Made by a program: the position numbers and the translations under genes
The notes under the pieces: model-generated
Databases searched by the model: none
The model's input: only the letters and a program-made list of their open reading frames with translations
What the model was told of the DNA's origin: nothing
Virus record (IMG/VR): IMGVR_UViG_3300048597_000384
Coordinates: 1-54,046 of that record
Direction: 5' to 3' (one strand)
DNA from: a virus
Lineage: Duplodnaviria; Caudoviricetes
Length of the DNA: 54,046 bases
In this document: positions 1-7,819 of the stretch, piece after piece
Layout: each line of letters starts with the position of its first letter
Numbering within the stretch: position 1 is the first letter of the stretch

Positions 1-67
1 GATAGTCCAGGGCCGGCCAGGGCTCATCCGGCTGCGGGAAACGCGGGGCGCCGTGATCCGCTGTCAT
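1..67 (-). CDS. N-terminus of a host gene running off the window (MTADHGAPRFPQPDEPWPALDY...), possibly DUF5996-like
   Basis: GGAGG Shine-Dalgarno just upstream of an ATG on the minus strand; only 22 codons visible. Confidence 0.35.
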   Translation of the reverse strand, partial: MTADHGAPRFPQPDEPWPALDY

Positions 68-639
68 CCGAACCTCCCTGGTACTCCCTGGACAAGATAT
101 GCCCGAACTTGGGCTTGCCTAGCTGACTTTGCCTACCTCACGACGGTGGGCGGTTGCCATGGCATGACGATCGGCCACCGATTCCGAACAGTACAACGTC
201 CTCGCGAAGCTCGAGGCGACGGGAGATGAAGGCTGAACCCCCTGGCCAGGGTGACGTTGCCGCCATGATCGTCCGGGGTTCGTCCAAGCACAGGCTTTGG
301 TGATTATACTGGCGACGCCGGCATCGGATGGTGAACTAGGCTTGGCCGTCAGAGTAATGCCGGTGGAGGAGATTTCTGCCGTACTGCCCGGGGCTGACCC
401 GGCGTGCCCGTTGGTTAAGGTCTCCACAACACTGAGAAGAGGGTGGGTCCTTGGTAGCGCAGGACCGAGGAGCGGGCGCTGGTGGGCCGGACCAGGAGCG
501 GCAGCCCGCGCACGGTGCCGTCGGGGTGGCGGCCCGGCTTGGCGGCGCGGACGGCGCGACCGGTGAGCGACGCCTTGTCTGCTAAGTGCCTGCTAAGGCG
601 AGGCAAGCTGGACGGCTGCGAACGCGTACGGACGTGATC

Positions 640-727
640 TGGCGGATGGGGTGGGATTCGAACCCACGAGGGGTTGCCCCCTGGCGGTTTTCAAGACCGC
701 TGCCATCGACCGCTCGGCCACCCATCC
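640..727 (-). tRNA. tRNA-Ser(TGA), 88 nt with encoded CCA
   Basis: Reverse complement GGATGGGTGGCCGAGCGGTCGATGGCAGCGGTCTTGAAAACCGCCAGGGGGCAACCCCTCGTGGGTTCGAATCCCACCCCATCCGCCA: acceptor stem, TGA anticodon, long variable arm, TTCGAAT T-loop. Confidence 0.97.
685..727. repeat. att site (left junction), 43-bp direct repeat equal to the 5' half of tRNA-Ser
   Basis: CGGTTTTCAAGACCGCTGCCATCGACCGCTCGGCCACCCATCC matches 48385-48427 with one mismatch (712 g vs 48412 a). Confidence 0.93.
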
Positions 728-742
728 TTCGCGCGCAAAGCC

Positions 743-771
743 TTACTAGGCGGGGCTCGCGCCCGTTTCAA
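743..771 (-). promoter_or_regulatory. Putative phage-supplied sigma70 promoter for the rebuilt tRNA-Ser
   Basis: TTGAAA (766-771) - 17 nt - TAGTAA (743-748), ending 15 nt upstream of the tRNA 5' end. Confidence 0.6.
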
Positions 772-772
772 C

Positions 773-812
773 CTGTGCCGAACCGCTGCCGTCTGTGCCG
801 TGTTCTGTGCCG
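773..812. repeat. Putative integrase arm-type sites (CTGTGCCG repeats)
   Basis: Three CTGTGCCG copies plus a CGCTGCCG variant next to the left att; the same motif recurs at 48271-48278 inside the right att. Confidence 0.5.
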
Positions 813-1054
813 GGGCGTTCCGGGTCGAGGGCCAGGCGGATCCCTAGCCTGCGCCCGTTGGGCGGGGGCTGGCCGAAGTTGTCTGGCATGCTCGGCTCGG
901 GGACCCCAGGGCGCAGCGCGGGCGACCGGCCACTCAAGGATCTGCGCGCCGAGCTGATCGATGCGGCCTGTCGGAGCAACCCCAATAAGCGGCCGACGCT
1001 TATGGTTGCGCTTTCGCACTACCGTGAGTGGCTCGCCCGCGCTAGCGTCGCGGC

Positions 1055-1735
1055 ATGTGGGAGCGCATCAAAAAGATTGCGGCCGAGTGGGGCTCAAACC
1101 TCACGTTCGGCGATTACCTTATCCGCCTCGGGAGCGCTGGATTGTCTCTTGGCGGGGGCGGCATAATGAGTTGGGCCGCCTCAGTCACAGGCTGGCTCCA
1201 AGAATGGGGGCCGATTGCAACGGTAGCGGCCGGTGTGCTTGGCTCTTGTTTGGTTGCTCTGTCTCTGGCCATCATCTACGCTCTAGTCAGTTTTGGCCGG
1301 ATGAAGCGCGCTCAAGCGTCATACCACGATTTATTGGCATCGACTGCCCATACGGTAAATCCACTTGCTCGGGGGTTCTCCACTATGAAGATCAGCTTGG
1401 CTGATCTTCAAATACATCACTCTGCAGTGGACTTCCCGCAGCAAGATAAGATCTTTTCTGACTGTGTAATTGTGGGGCCTGGAACAATGGCTTTTTCTAA
1501 TTGCACACTTACCAATATAAAGTTTCCTATGTCAAATATTGCCAAATTCAACGGCTTTGGCCTATTCTTCCCGAACGTTTTCTTTCATAGATGTACCTTT
1601 GTGAATTGCACATTTCTCCACCTGACTCTGTTTATTCGTACGCAAGACGCGGAAAATTTCAGCATGGAATTTCCTGGGCTAAAGTTCACCGAGGAAGCGC
1701 AGCCTATCGAATTACCGGCGGAGGTGAGTAGGTAA
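1055..1735 (+). CDS. Low-GC moron membrane protein (N-terminal TM segments, C-terminal F-x-x-C-repeat beta-rich domain)
   Basis: 226-aa ORF, clearly lower GC, convergent with int; FSDCVIVGPG...FSNCTL...FHRCTFVNCTF. Confidence 0.75.
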   Translation: MWERIKKIAAEWGSNLTFGDYLIRLGSAGLSLGGGGIMSWAASVTGWLQEWGPIATVAAGVLGSCLVALSLAIIYALVSFGRMKRAQASYHDLLASTAHTVNPLARGFSTMKISLADLQIHHSAVDFPQQDKIFSDCVIVGPGTMAFSNCTLTNIKFPMSNIAKFNGFGLFFPNVFFHRCTFVNCTFLHLTLFIRTQDAENFSMEFPGLKFTEEAQPIELPAEVSR

Positions 1736-1868
1736 GTCGCGGAAGATATCTGAGGCAGCTTCATTCACGCGCAGCCCACAGGTCCTGTGCCCTGCGCGAA
1801 AGTCAGATCAATCACGCGCCGCTGCCTGTAGGTTCACGCCATATGCTGTTTATTGTCAGCGCCGCTGC

Positions 1869-2873
1869 TCACGCCCCGGCCGCCAGGCGCTTGGCCGTGA
1901 CGGCTTCCTCGGGCGTGAGGAAGTCGAGGTAGAGCTCGGTGGTGGCGATGGTGCTGTGGCCCAGGATCTGCTGCAAGGCGTAGATCGAGCCGCCATCGCG
2001 CAAGTAGCGGACCGCGAACAGGTGGCGCAGGTCGTGGGTGCGGAAGGGCACGCCGGCGGCCTTCCTGAGCTGGTGCAGGTAGCTGGCGAGGTTGTGGTAG
2101 CGGTCCGCACCGCCGTCGCGGGTCGGGTGCCAGAAGACCCAGGCGCAGCCCAGCCTGCGGGGTGTGCCGTGAAGTGTGCCGGCGGCCGCCGGCGAGAGCG
2201 GCACGGAACGGGCCCGGCCGGTCTTGCTGCGCTCGACCTGCAGGGCAGCACGGTGCAGGTCGACCTGGCGCCAGCTGAGGCTTGCCGCCTCCTCGAGGCG
2301 CAGGCCGGTCTGCTCGAGCAGGCGCACCAGCGGGCGCAGGCGGGCGGGCAGGGAGCGGTGCAGCTGCTCGACCTGGTTGTCGGTGGGCAGCACGATCGGG
2401 TCGCGGCGCTCGCGGATCAGGCCGCGATCAAAGGCGCGCGCCGGGTTGGCCTGGAGCCACTCCCAGCCGACGGCCGCCTGCAGCACGGCCGAGACGGCGG
2501 TGAGGTCGCGGCGGCGGGTGGCGTTGGTGATACCGGGCCGGCCGGCGATGCGCGCCAGCACCTTGCGGTCGATCTCGTCCAGGTGCAGCGGGGCCAGGAC
2601 GTCGCCGGCGACCTTCAGGCTCGACAGGTAGCGGCGCAGCGTGGCCGGGCGCAGGGCAGCCAAGGCGACCTCGGCATGCCAGCGGACCACGGCTTCCTTC
2701 CAGGTCCGGCGCTCGTCGCCCCAGTCCGCCCTCTGCAGCCGCTCGAGCTCTGCCTTGGCCCGCTCGGCCGCTAGCTTGCGAACAGGCGTGCGTAGGCTGC
2801 GTCGATGCTCGCGACCGGCAATGGTGACGCGCAGCCACCAGACCTTGCCGCGCCGGTAGAGATGTTGCGGCAC
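1869..2873 (-). CDS. int: Tyrosine recombinase / phage integrase
   Basis: TGLRLEE, HDLRH, LGHS and TELY catalytic motifs; N-terminal arm-binding beta-sheet (LYRRGKVWWLRV). Confidence 0.95.
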   Translation of the reverse strand: MPQHLYRRGKVWWLRVTIAGREHRRSLRTPVRKLAAERAKAELERLQRADWGDERRTWKEAVVRWHAEVALAALRPATLRRYLSSLKVAGDVLAPLHLDEIDRKVLARIAGRPGITNATRRRDLTAVSAVLQAAVGWEWLQANPARAFDRGLIRERRDPIVLPTDNQVEQLHRSLPARLRPLVRLLEQTGLRLEEAASLSWRQVDLHRAALQVERSKTGRARSVPLSPAAAGTLHGTPRRLGCAWVFWHPTRDGGADRYHNLASYLHQLRKAAGVPFRTHDLRHLFAVRYLRDGGSIYALQQILGHSTIATTELYLDFLTPEEAVTAKRLAAGA

Positions 2874-3049
2874 CGGGCAGCCCTCCCCTCGGCATCCTCG
2901 ATCCAGCGTAGCACCGCGTCGCGGCGGAATGTCCAGAGCCGGCCCAGCCGGGCAGCGCTCGGGATCTCTCCGCGGGCCGCCATCTGCTGCACGGCGCGCT
3001 CGCCCAGGCCGGTGAGCTCGACCACCTCGGCGACGCGGATACGGGTCAC
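2771..3049 (-). CDS. xis: Excisionase / HTH recombination directionality factor
   Basis: GTG start; VAEVVELTGLGERAVQQMAARGEIPSAARLGRLWTFRR winged-HTH; overlaps the int start. Confidence 0.8.
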   Translation of the reverse strand: MTRIRVAEVVELTGLGERAVQQMAARGEIPSAARLGRLWTFRRDAVLRWIEDAEGRAARCRNISTGAARSGGCASPLPVASIDAAYARLFAS

Positions 3050-3216
3050 GACCCGCTCATCCTGCCGGCGAAGAAGGCGAGGGCGGCCAGGCCGACGATC
3101 GGGGCCACCGACCAGAAATCGAACCCGAACAGGTTGGCTACCGCCCCGGCAAGGAAGGCGTAGAGCACCGCCGCGACGATCGACATCGCTACGCACAAGT
3201 GGACGAGCTTCTCCAT
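3046..3216 (-). CDS. Small 2-TM membrane protein
   Basis: MEKLVHLCVAMSIVAAVLY...; stop overlaps the xis start. Confidence 0.6.
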   Translation of the reverse strand: MEKLVHLCVAMSIVAAVLYAFLAGAVANLFGFDFWSVAPIVGLAALAFFAGRMSGS

Positions 3217-3229
3217 GGCCGTGCTCAGC

Positions 3230-3496
3230 TCACCATCTCTGTTGGGCGTCCCATTCGGCGATGTCGGCGGCGACGTCGGCCGAGAAGCGGAGCGGGGCAG
3301 GCACCGGCCCTGGGTCCTGGGCCGGTGCCTGGCGCGCGCGGCGGAGATCCTCGATCTTGCCGGCAAGGATGCCGAGCTGCTCGAGGATCTGGCCGCGGTG
3401 GAACGCGGGGTAGTCGGGGCCGGCCAGCTGGAGCCTGGTGAGCTCGCGGCCGACGTCGTCGAGGGCCTGCAGGTAGGGGTCGGCGCTCATGGCCAT
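3230..3496 (-). CDS. Hypothetical early phage protein
   Basis: Tightly packed in the leftward operon. Confidence 0.55.
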   Translation of the reverse strand: MAMSADPYLQALDDVGRELTRLQLAGPDYPAFHRGQILEQLGILAGKIEDLRRARQAPAQDPGPVPAPLRFSADVAADIAEWDAQQRW

Positions 3497-3912
3497 GCCT
3501 TCATGATCCGGCCGCTGCCGATGTAGGGGAGGTCGTGCGGATGGCTGGCCGCGGCGGCGCCACCGGAGATGGGGCAGCGCTCGGGGTCCGTGGGTTTATC
3601 CGTGGGTTTATCCGTAAGTTTGTCCGGGGTTTTATCCGGGTCCGCGCCCATGTCCGCCCAGTCGGACGGCAGGGGCAGCGGCTCCGCCGCGAAGGCGTCG
3701 ATCGGCTCGACCACGGCCTCGAGCAGGCGGTCGTGGAGATGGGCCTCGGCCTGCTCGTAGATGCGGGTGCGCTCCGTGGCCGGGTGCTCGGGCTCGGCGT
3801 CGAGGCCAGCCCAGCACAGGACCAGCTCGATCGCCGCGGCGCCGATCGCCGCCTGCTGCCCGGGCGTGAGCCTGGCCCACTCGGCCGAGCCGGAGAGGGT
3901 GGGGCTGGTCAT
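3487..3912 (-). CDS. Hypothetical early phage protein containing TDKP-type repeats
   Basis: 141-aa ORF with an ATGA overlap to the upstream gene. Confidence 0.6.
   Translation of the reverse strand: MTSPTLSGSAEWARLTPGQQAAIGAAAIELVLCWAGLDAEPEHPATERTRIYEQAEAHLHDRLLEAVVEPIDAFAAEPLPLPSDWADMGADPDKTPDKLTDKPTDKPTDPERCPISGGAAAASHPHDLPYIGSGRIMKAWP
3587..3644. repeat. 12-bp tandem repeat (TCCGTGGGTTTA-like, four units plus a partial)
   Basis: TCCGTGGGTTTA TCCGTGGGTTTA TCCGTAAGTTTG TCCGGGGTTTTA TCCGGGTCCG. Confidence 0.85.
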
Positions 3913-4169
3913 GCGACGGGTGCTTCGGCGGCGAGCGCGGCGCGGATGGCGTCCCGGCTCATCCGCAGCGCAGCCACAGTCGGCGCCGGCAGGCCTTGGC
4001 AGATGTCATAGAGCGCGCAATCGACCGCCAGGTTGACGCCCTCGGGTGCCACCAGCTCGCGGCCGGCCCGGGCGGCAAACTTCGGGGTGAGCTTCTCGGC
4101 CAGCCAGTCGCCGCCGATCGCCTTGAAGCGCTCGCGGAGGGTGTCCTGGTCGGCAACGGTGATCATCAT
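3909..4169 (-). CDS. Hypothetical phage protein
   Basis: MMITVADQDTLRERFKAIGG..., coupled to the downstream ORF. Confidence 0.6.
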   Translation of the reverse strand: MMITVADQDTLRERFKAIGGDWLAEKLTPKFAARAGRELVAPEGVNLAVDCALYDICQGLPAPTVAALRMSRDAIRAALAAEAPVA

Positions 4170-4230
4170 CGGTTGGCGCTCTCGCTTGGTGGGGTGCCGG
4201 GTTCCTCTCAACCCGGCGAAGTCACGGTGC

Positions 4231-4327
4231 TGGGTGGGCCCGACTTACACGGGCTGGCGCGATCACCGTTTCGCGCGCGGCGGCTTTCCCTTTTGCGTGG
4301 TAGGTGCCCGCCGCAGCCGTCTCCACC
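4231..4327 (-). ncRNA. Candidate tRNA-like / multibranch structured RNA
   Basis: GGTGG/CCACC closing stem, two internal hairpins, a 5-bp stem with 7-nt loop (GCCCG-TGTAAGT-CGGGC) and a 3' CCACCCA, in an intergenic gap. Confidence 0.45.
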
Positions 4328-4350
4328 TCGGACGCCCTCGCGGGCGAAGC

Positions 4351-4692
4351 TCATCGGTTCGCAAGCTCCAGCAGCACGTCGGCGTGGCACGGCTGGTGCA
4401 GCGAGCACCAGCAGGCGAGATCCTTGCCGCGCAGGTCCTTCAGGCAGGTGCGGGCCCAGTCGCCCCAGGCCCAGTGCAGGGTGTCGGGGTGGGCGTTCTT
4501 CGCGAACTGCACCGTGTCGGGGCCGCACGAGATCCGGACGGGGCCTGGTCCGATCAGCTGGCGGTACGCCTCGACCGCGAGGTCGGGCTTGCCGACGAAG
4601 GGGTTGCCCCACCTGGTGGGCCGGCCGACATAGACCGCACCCTCGGGCATCCGCCAGCCCTTGGCCCGACTGCGCTGGATCCGCTCAGCCAT
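4351..4692 (-). CDS. DUF4326-family protein
   Basis: VYVGRPTRWGNPF ... LRGKDLACWC...PCHADVL signature. Confidence 0.85.
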   Translation of the reverse strand: MAERIQRSRAKGWRMPEGAVYVGRPTRWGNPFVGKPDLAVEAYRQLIGPGPVRISCGPDTVQFAKNAHPDTLHWAWGDWARTCLKDLRGKDLACWCSLHQPCHADVLLELANR

Positions 4693-4972
4693 GGCCGGGC
4701 TTCCTTTCGATGCCGGAGCGGATCAGGTGCTGACCCATCTCGTCGGCCACGCGGCCGGCGATCCGGCGCAGCATGGGGCGCCACTCGTCATGGGTGCCGC
4801 CGCTCACGACCTGGATGCCGTGGTCGGTCATGACGATGCAGGCAAAGCCGGCGATGTCGGCAGCCTTGGCTTCGCTGCCCACGACGCGGGCGAACAGCTC
4901 GAGCCGCTCGCCGAAAGCGGTCCTGGCCTGCTCGGGCGTGATGACGGGCGGGGACACGGGTTCATCGGCCAT
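4685..4972 (-). CDS. Hypothetical phage protein
   Basis: MADEPVSPP..., overlapping neighbours. Confidence 0.55.
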   Translation of the reverse strand: MADEPVSPPVITPEQARTAFGERLELFARVVGSEAKAADIAGFACIVMTDHGIQVVSGGTHDEWRPMLRRIAGRVADEMGQHLIRSGIERKPGHG

Positions 4973-5216
4973 CAGCGCCTCAGCCATCGCTTGATCAGAA
5001 AGTGAATGGCGCCCGTCGCCGCGAGCTGTGGCCAGGGCCAGAGCCACCAACCGGACAGGCCGCCCAAGCCAAGCAGGACAAAGGTTCCGCCGGCGATCTG
5101 CAGGAGCTTCGGTCCCATCAGCGCCTCACCACGAACAGGAGGAACAGGGCGACGCCGGCGACGAGCTCGACCAGGGCGGTGGCGGCGATCACCAGGAGGG
5201 TGGGGTCGGGGCTCAT
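4972..5216 (-). CDS. Two tiny hydrophobic ORFs (4972-5118, 48 aa; 5118-5216, 32 aa)
   Basis: Stop/start overlaps (TGATG); single TM-like stretches. Confidence 0.5.
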
Positions 5217-5485
5217 GCGTCGATCCCGTGGGCGCGGCGCAGCGCCTGGACGCGGCCGCAGGGCCGGTCGAACCAGGCGGGTGCTTCCATGGGCTCGGGC
5301 GGGCGGCCAGGCCTGCGGTGCCCGATGCCGGCCTCGGCCAGGAGCTCCTGGCAGCGGCCGCGGCCGATCCCGACGGCGGCGGCGATGCGGCCGGCCGACC
5401 ACTTCGGGTTCTCCCGCTTGAGGGCGATGGCCTGGGCGTCGCGGGGATCGTCGGCGGCGTAGCGGCAGGAGGGGCTGGCACTCAC
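5213..5485 (-). CDS. Small HTH-like protein
   Basis: NPKWSAGRIAAAVGIGRGRCQELLAEAG; GTG start overlapping the upstream stop. Confidence 0.55.
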   Translation of the reverse strand: MSASPSCRYAADDPRDAQAIALKRENPKWSAGRIAAAVGIGRGRCQELLAEAGIGHRRPGRPPEPMEAPAWFDRPCGRVQALRRAHGIDA

Positions 5486-5907
5486 AGTGCTATCCCCTCG
5501 GGCGGGAAGCCGGGGAGGGGCTCGGGGCGGACGGTGCCGAGGAAGCGGGAGAGGGCGCGCTGCTGTTCGGGCTCGAGCTCGACCAGGTGGCTGAGAAGGC
5601 GCTCGGGGATGGCGCGGGCGTGGTGGCGGGATGTGGTGGGTGCCGCGGCGTCGAGGCACTGCTCGACCAGCTCGACCGGGTCGAGCTGCAGCTCGGCGAT
5701 CGCCAGGATCAGGGTGCCGGCCGACAGGCGGTTGCGGCCGAGCTCGACCTTGGCCCACTGCTGCGGCAGCATGCCCAGGCTGCGGGCGACCTGGCCCTGG
5801 CTGAGGCCCGCCAGCAGCCGCCGCCGGCGCAGGGCGGCACCCAGCCGGGCATTGACGTCGCGCACGAGCTGGCGGAGTGCGGTCCGGTCGTGGGCGGGCT
5901 CACGCAT
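5482..5907 (-). CDS. XRE-family HTH transcriptional regulator
   Basis: LRRRRLLAGLSQGQVARSLGMLPQQWAKVELGRNRLS. Confidence 0.85.
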   Translation of the reverse strand: MREPAHDRTALRQLVRDVNARLGAALRRRRLLAGLSQGQVARSLGMLPQQWAKVELGRNRLSAGTLILAIAELQLDPVELVEQCLDAAAPTTSRHHARAIPERLLSHLVELEPEQQRALSRFLGTVRPEPLPGFPPEGIAL

Positions 5908-6169
5908 GGTGGGGTCCTGTGTCGGCCTCGGGCAGGGCGGTCAGGCGGTCGGCCGGGACCAGGAGGCACCGGCCGGACATCACCACCGCCGCACCGGGCG
6001 CGTCGCGGCCGGGTGCCTCGGCCACCGGGGCGAGGCGCACGACGCGGACCAGGTGCACGTCCCCGCCGGACCAGAGCCAGGCGGTGCAGCCGGCCTCGAG
6101 GCAGAAGTCCGGGCCGCCGAACATCTGGGCGGCGAGCGTAGGGGTGGCAGGTTTGGCCGGGGCGCTCAC
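5900..6169 (-). CDS. Hypothetical phage protein
   Basis: GTGA coupling with the upstream ORF. Confidence 0.45.
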   Translation of the reverse strand: MSAPAKPATPTLAAQMFGGPDFCLEAGCTAWLWSGGDVHLVRVVRLAPVAEAPGRDAPGAAVVMSGRCLLVPADRLTALPEADTGPHHA

Positions 6170-6528
6170 GAGAAGAACTGCCACCAGGCGGCCGCGCCCA
6201 GGAGGCAGGCCAGGACCAGCCACAGCCCGCTGCCGGCGGCACGCTCGCCGGCGCCGAGCGGGCGGTCGCCGTCTTCCTCCTCGCCCTGGTCGTGCGGGCC
6301 GGCGTAGAGCCCGTGCACCGCGAGGTTCATGACCGCGTCGTCGACGGCGGCCTGGGCGGTGGCGTGGCTGCCGCTGTCGAGCAGCGGGCCGCTGCGGCCG
6401 TGGATGGCGGCGACGTAGCCGGCGCCGGGCCGGTACTCCAGCGACCAGGCCGTGTCGCCCGGCAGCTCGGCGAGCTCGACCCGGTTGCCCGGGCCGGGCC
6501 TCGCCTTGTGGATGTGCGTAACGCTCAT
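6166..6528 (-). CDS. Hypothetical protein with C-terminal TM helix
   Basis: MSVTHIHKA...GLWLVLACLLGAAAWWQFFS. Confidence 0.6.
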   Translation of the reverse strand: MSVTHIHKARPGPGNRVELAELPGDTAWSLEYRPGAGYVAAIHGRSGPLLDSGSHATAQAAVDDAVMNLAVHGLYAGPHDQGEEEDGDRPLGAGERAAGSGLWLVLACLLGAAAWWQFFS

Positions 6529-6851
6529 TTCGCGCCCCGCTGGCTGGCAGGGTGAGGTTGGCAATAGATCACCGCGCCGCCCTTGGTGATCACCAGCTCT
6601 TCCCAGTCGGTTTCGAAGCTGTAGGTTTCCGTGAGGTCGCGGAAGCGCACCCGGATCGAGTCCGGCTCGTCCACGAACACCTTTCGACCGTTGAAGCCGC
6701 GCAGAGGCCTCTGCAGGCTGGCGGCATCGACCCGCCCCGGTCCGGGCAATACGGCGACGGCCGTCATCGCGAGCCCTTGCAGGACCAGCCGGCGGCGCGG
6801 CCCCACGGCCTTCGCCGCGGCACTCACCTTGTCGATGTGGGTAACGTCCAT
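6525..6851 (-). CDS. First gene of the leftward early operon; possible twin-arginine signal
   Basis: RRRLVLQGLAMTAVAVLP; directly downstream of the PL-like promoter. Confidence 0.6.
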   Translation of the reverse strand: MDVTHIDKVSAAAKAVGPRRRLVLQGLAMTAVAVLPGPGRVDAASLQRPLRGFNGRKVFVDEPDSIRVRFRDLTETYSFETDWEELVITKGGAVIYCQPHPASQRGAK

Positions 6852-6881
6852 TTCGCCCCCGTCGGTTGGTGACGGGAACGC

Positions 6882-6931
6882 AGGCTACCTCATTTCAGTG
6901 AGGCGTCAAGCAGCAACCGCATTTTTATGAG
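6882..6931 (-). promoter_or_regulatory. PL-like promoter with two operators
   Basis: TTGACG (6904-6909) - 16 nt - TAGCCT (6882-6887); CTCA-TTTCAG-TGAG (6889-6902) in the spacer and CGCA-TTTTTA-TGAG (6918-6931). Confidence 0.75.
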
Positions 6932-7410
6932 GCACTCGGTGCGGCGGTGTTCTCGCTTGCTTGGGCGATAGCCTCATCGACGGTTAAACCGTTCCGGTAG
7001 TGTAGACCACCATCGACCCAGGGAATGAAGCGCAGGAGATCCTTAAAGCCGTAGCGTCGGCCGCGAAGATAAGCTCGAACCGCAGAATTGAGGGTTCTGT
7101 GTTCAGAGAACACATATGGGTTGCCGGCCTCACGAGAAAAGCGAACGATAGCCCATCCCAGTCGATATGCTGAGCGACTGGATAAATCGTGACCTGTGTA
7201 AGTGTTGATGGCAGCGCAAGAGACCCAAATGCCATGCTTCGGGTCTCTTGCAGCAAGATAGGTTATCTGAACCTTAGGCCACTCTTGCCCGAAGGATGCC
7301 AAAATCTGTGTCCGAGCTAAGCTCTCATTCTCGGCGCAGATTTCCCCAGTACTGCTTGGGCGATCGCGGATCTTTCCTTCGCCACTGTCAACGACGAACA
7401 GGAAGTCCAT
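6925..7410 (-). CDS. Low-GC accessory protein co-oriented downstream of the repressor
   Basis: 161-aa ORF with atypical composition, in the position of lambda rexAB. Confidence 0.7.
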   Translation of the reverse strand: MDFLFVVDSGEGKIRDRPSSTGEICAENESLARTQILASFGQEWPKVQITYLAARDPKHGIWVSCAAINTYTGHDLSSRSAYRLGWAIVRFSREAGNPYVFSEHRTLNSAVRAYLRGRRYGFKDLLRFIPWVDGGLHYRNGLTVDEAIAQASENTAAPSAS

Positions 7411-7427
7411 GCGATCGCCTCGGCATT

Positions 7428-7817
7428 CTATCGAGTAATCGCTCTATGTCTCGGCGCAGTCAGTGCTTGCAGTAGCTCATTGTTCTGCTGCAGTAGCGCG
7501 CGTTGGTCATTCATCAACGCGCGGATGTCCTGTAGAACGGAAAGAACTATCTGCAGGTCATTGCTCGCGCGGGGCGTCGCATTGTCGCCGGTACCGGGGG
7601 ACCTTTCGTCTCCATCCTGGAGAAGCTCGGGGATGGAAATGCCTTCCGCGTCCGCCAGCTTTTCTAGGGTGCGGGCCGTGATCGAGCGGTTGGGTTCGTT
7701 GAGGAAGGTCGCAAGGGTGTTCTCGGACAAGCCAGCACGGGCCGCCCATGGATACGGCTTCAGGTCCTTGCGCTTCATGTAGGCCCTGAGCCGGGTGCGA
7801 ATGAACTCCGGTGTCAT
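7428..7817 (-). CDS. CI-like repressor (XRE HTH plus C-terminal coiled coil)
   Basis: MTPEFIRTRLRAYMKRKDLKPYPWAARAGLSENTLATFLN; divergent from cro. Confidence 0.8.
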   Translation of the reverse strand: MTPEFIRTRLRAYMKRKDLKPYPWAARAGLSENTLATFLNEPNRSITARTLEKLADAEGISIPELLQDGDERSPGTGDNATPRASNDLQIVLSVLQDIRALMNDQRALLQQNNELLQALTAPRHRAITR

Positions 7818-7819
7818 GC

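Noticed and set aside
119-639. Short ORFs downstream of the tRNA
   Set aside because: No recognisable motifs or SD; mutually overlapping frames; likely intergenic DNA.
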